From a virus (taxonomy: Duplodnaviria; Caudoviricetes): a DNA stretch of 64,000 nucleotides. The stretch spans positions 17,416 to 81,415 of IMG/VR virus record IMGVR_UViG_3300014019_000011, one strand, 5' to 3'. Below the pieces are notes generated by a model. That model searched no databases. It was not told the DNA's origin and worked only from the letters and a program-made list of their open reading frames with translations. The stretch's first letter is position 1. Every line of letters starts with the position of its first letter. The position numbers and the translations under genes are program-made. Below are positions 61,934 through 64,000 of this stretch, one piece after another.

Positions 61934-62226
61934 CGAACAACTTCCATCGCGGCCAGTTGGTCGAGTGCATCGACGACAGGCCAGGGCCGGTCGCAGACCC
62001 GGAAGCCATTCCGGAAATGAACGGCCTTACACGCGGCCGAATCTACACAGTTCGCTGGGCCGGCCCCGCCTTGCACATGGGGAAGACCTTTAACGGCATC
62101 CGCCTGGACGAAATATTGCGGGACGACGGTGATCTCCCCTTTTTCGCCCATCGTTTCCGGCCGGTCAGGCCCGAGCGGCAGGCAATTTTCCAAACGCTTT
62201 TGCGCGTCGTGACGGAGGATGCGTGA
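61930..62226 (+). CDS. hypothetical protein (SH3-like)
   Basis: FHRGQLVECID...GRIYTV...RFRPV. Confidence 0.65.
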   Translation: MTNNFHRGQLVECIDDRPGPVADPEAIPEMNGLTRGRIYTVRWAGPALHMGKTFNGIRLDEILRDDGDLPFFAHRFRPVRPERQAIFQTLLRVVTEDA

Positions 62227-62537
62227 TGACGAAATCCGCCGCAACCAAGCTCGACTTCCCTATCCCCTATGCCGCCCTGGCCCCGACCGACGACCTCTTC
62301 GCCGCCCGCGCGTTTCTGCGCATCGTTCAGAGCGCTTTCGAACGCGCAAGCGGTCGCTCGCAGGGAATGAACAAATTGGAGGCAAGCGACATGTTGCACG
62401 TCGTCGGCGTCGTCGCGGAGAAACTGGACACACTCCAGCGCCTCTTGGATGACGATGCTGTCCCTGGCCTTGACGATGAATACAAACGGGTTCGCCGCGA
62501 GGAGATTCAGGAACGCATGGTGGGGGTCAGCCTATGA
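62226..62537 (+). CDS. hypothetical protein
   Basis: Coupled to neighbours. Confidence 0.6.
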   Translation: MTKSAATKLDFPIPYAALAPTDDLFAARAFLRIVQSAFERASGRSQGMNKLEASDMLHVVGVVAEKLDTLQRLLDDDAVPGLDDEYKRVRREEIQERMVGVSL

Positions 62538-62701
62538 CCTCCACCACCCTGAACGGTAGGTGCGGCGGGTGCGGCCATGTGTTTATCGTGGCCCACCTGC
62601 CGATGGACATGGAAAAAGCTGCAGGGCTGATGAAGCGCGCAGCCTGCCCCAAATGCGGGGAGACGAAGCAGATTTTCTGCGCTCCCAGCGGGAAGGACTG
62701 A
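62534..62701 (+). CDS. 55-aa zinc-ribbon protein (not in ORF track)
   Basis: CGGCGH...CPKCG; ATGA-coupled. Confidence 0.6.
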   Translation: MTSTTLNGRCGGCGHVFIVAHLPMDMEKAAGLMKRAACPKCGETKQIFCAPSGKD

Positions 62702-62703
62702 CC

Positions 62704-62895
62704 ATGTCGGCACCAGCCCTTATCCGCAAGCAGGACATGCTGCGCGCCGCCGAGGTGGCGCAGGCCACCGGCTGCCGTATCGACATCAAGGTTGGCGACA
62801 CCGTGGTTTCGATCAGCCCGGCCGACCAGACGGAAGCGCGCCGGCCGGCGCCGTCGAAGAACGAGGGCATTGACTATTCCCGCCCTGACCTGTGA
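62704..62895 (+). CDS. putative excisionase
   Basis: 63 aa immediately upstream of integrase. Confidence 0.5.
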   Translation: MSAPALIRKQDMLRAAEVAQATGCRIDIKVGDTVVSISPADQTEARRPAPSKNEGIDYSRPDL

Positions 62896-62905
62896 AGGTT
62901 CGCGA

Positions 62906-64000
62906 ATGCCCCGGAAACTTCCCCTCCACGTTCACAAGCAGAAGACCCGCCATGGAAAGTGGGTCTTCTATTTTCGCATTGGGAAAGGGAAGCGCGTTCG
63001 CCTCCCCGCCCCGACCGACCCCACCTTCAAGGCGGCGTACACGGCCGCGCTGACGGGCGGAGCGCCCCTGCCCGTCCCGAAGGTCTACGAGGGCACGCTA
63101 CAGTGGCTTTGGGATCGCTACACGACCGAGAGCGCCAAGTGGGCCGGGTACAGCCCCGCCACGCAGAAACAGCAGCGCCTGATCATGGACAAGGTGCTGA
63201 AGAAAGCCGCGCGCTCGGCGCTCACCACCTTCACGCAGGACGTCATTCAGGAAGCCGTGGACAAGCGCCACGAGACGCCAGCGCTCGCCGCGAATTTCCT
63301 GAAGGTCATGCGCGGCTTGTTCGGGTGGGGGAAAAGAATGCGCGCCGTCACGGTCGACCCCACCGTCGGCGTCGAGCTGCCGGCCTATAAGACCGACGGC
63401 TTCCCGGCATGGACGGTAGAGGACGTGAAGAAATTCCGGGCGGCGCACGAGATCGGCACGCCGGAGCGCCTGGCTATGGAGCTTATGCTTCTCGCCGGCC
63501 TGCGCCGATCCGACGTGGTTGTCGTCGGTCGCCAGCATATTCAGGATCGCGTTCTGTCCATCGACACGGCCAAGACCGGCGCCCGCGTCACGGTCGAGCT
63601 TTCGGAGGATCTGATCAAGATCATCGACGCCACGCCGCGGCGCGGGCTTCACCTCGTCGAGAACAGCCTTGGAAAACCTTTCGTCAAGGAGAGCTTTGGC
63701 AACTGGTTCCGCGTCAAGTGCACCGAGGCCGGGGTTACGAAGTCGGCGCACGGCCTGCGCAAGCTGAGTGCGACCCTCGCGGCCGAGGGTGGCGCGGCGA
63801 CCCACCAGCTTCTCGCCCAGTACGGTTGGACCAACCTCTCGACGGCGGAAATCTACACGAAGGGCGTCGACCGAAAGCGGCTCGGGATTGAGGCCAGCCG
63901 CATCGTCGCGGATCAGATCGGGAACATAGAATTCCCTCACCCTATTTCAGGTGAGGGAATTAATCCGAAAAAGGCAATAAAAACAAAGGCAAAAAAGTGA
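62906..64000 (+). CDS. int: tyrosine recombinase/integrase
   Basis: GLRRSD (Arg I), HGLRK, YGW, IYT catalytic residues; N-terminal arm-binding domain. Confidence 0.95.
   Translation: MPRKLPLHVHKQKTRHGKWVFYFRIGKGKRVRLPAPTDPTFKAAYTAALTGGAPLPVPKVYEGTLQWLWDRYTTESAKWAGYSPATQKQQRLIMDKVLKKAARSALTTFTQDVIQEAVDKRHETPALAANFLKVMRGLFGWGKRMRAVTVDPTVGVELPAYKTDGFPAWTVEDVKKFRAAHEIGTPERLAMELMLLAGLRRSDVVVVGRQHIQDRVLSIDTAKTGARVTVELSEDLIKIIDATPRRGLHLVENSLGKPFVKESFGNWFRVKCTEAGVTKSAHGLRKLSATLAAEGGAATHQLLAQYGWTNLSTAEIYTKGVDRKRLGIEASRIVADQIGNIEFPHPISGEGINPKKAIKTKAKK

Larger units (their letters stand above)
28834..64000. mobile_element. Right element: P22-like podovirus prophage integrated at tRNA-Lys
   Basis: Complete module order lysis-tail-ejection-coat-scaffold-portal-terL-terS-antiterminator-replication-cro/cI-xis-int; bounded on the left by a tRNA-Lys 3' duplication. 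Confidence 0.9.

Overview
The window comes from a high-GC alphaproteobacterial (Rhizobiaceae-like) chromosome. It contains two unrelated prophage-like elements in tandem, joined at a 48-bp 3' fragment of tRNA-Lys(TTT) at 28834-28881. LEFT element (1-~28880, continues beyond the window start): a lambda-like cos-type head module (terS, terL/gpA, gpW, portal, protease-capsid fusion, DUF2190) with a cosQ/cosN-like site, and many small minus-strand genes with shared 5' hairpins. It also carries a duplicated ~1.2-kb non-coding region, an AbiEii-family nucleotidyltransferase, a plasmid-type Rep_3 initiator with a 22-bp iteron origin, and a soluble FtsH-like AAA+/M41 protease plus metallophosphoesterase operon. 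It looks like an integrated phage-plasmid. RIGHT element (~28834-64000): an apparently complete P22-like podovirus prophage with lysis, tail fibre, ejection proteins, coat, scaffold, portal, terminases, a NusG-paralog antiterminator, split primase-helicase, cro/cI, an arc/mnt/antirepressor module, xis and a tyrosine integrase. The most striking signal lies in the ~500-nt leader between the NusG paralog and the late genes. It holds a circularly permuted tRNA-Leu-like fold (50721-50804) with intact elbow nucleotides and a variable arm, no anticodon, and an acceptor stem sealed by a cUUCGg tetraloop. All protein calls are from motif recognition by eye; no database searches were run.
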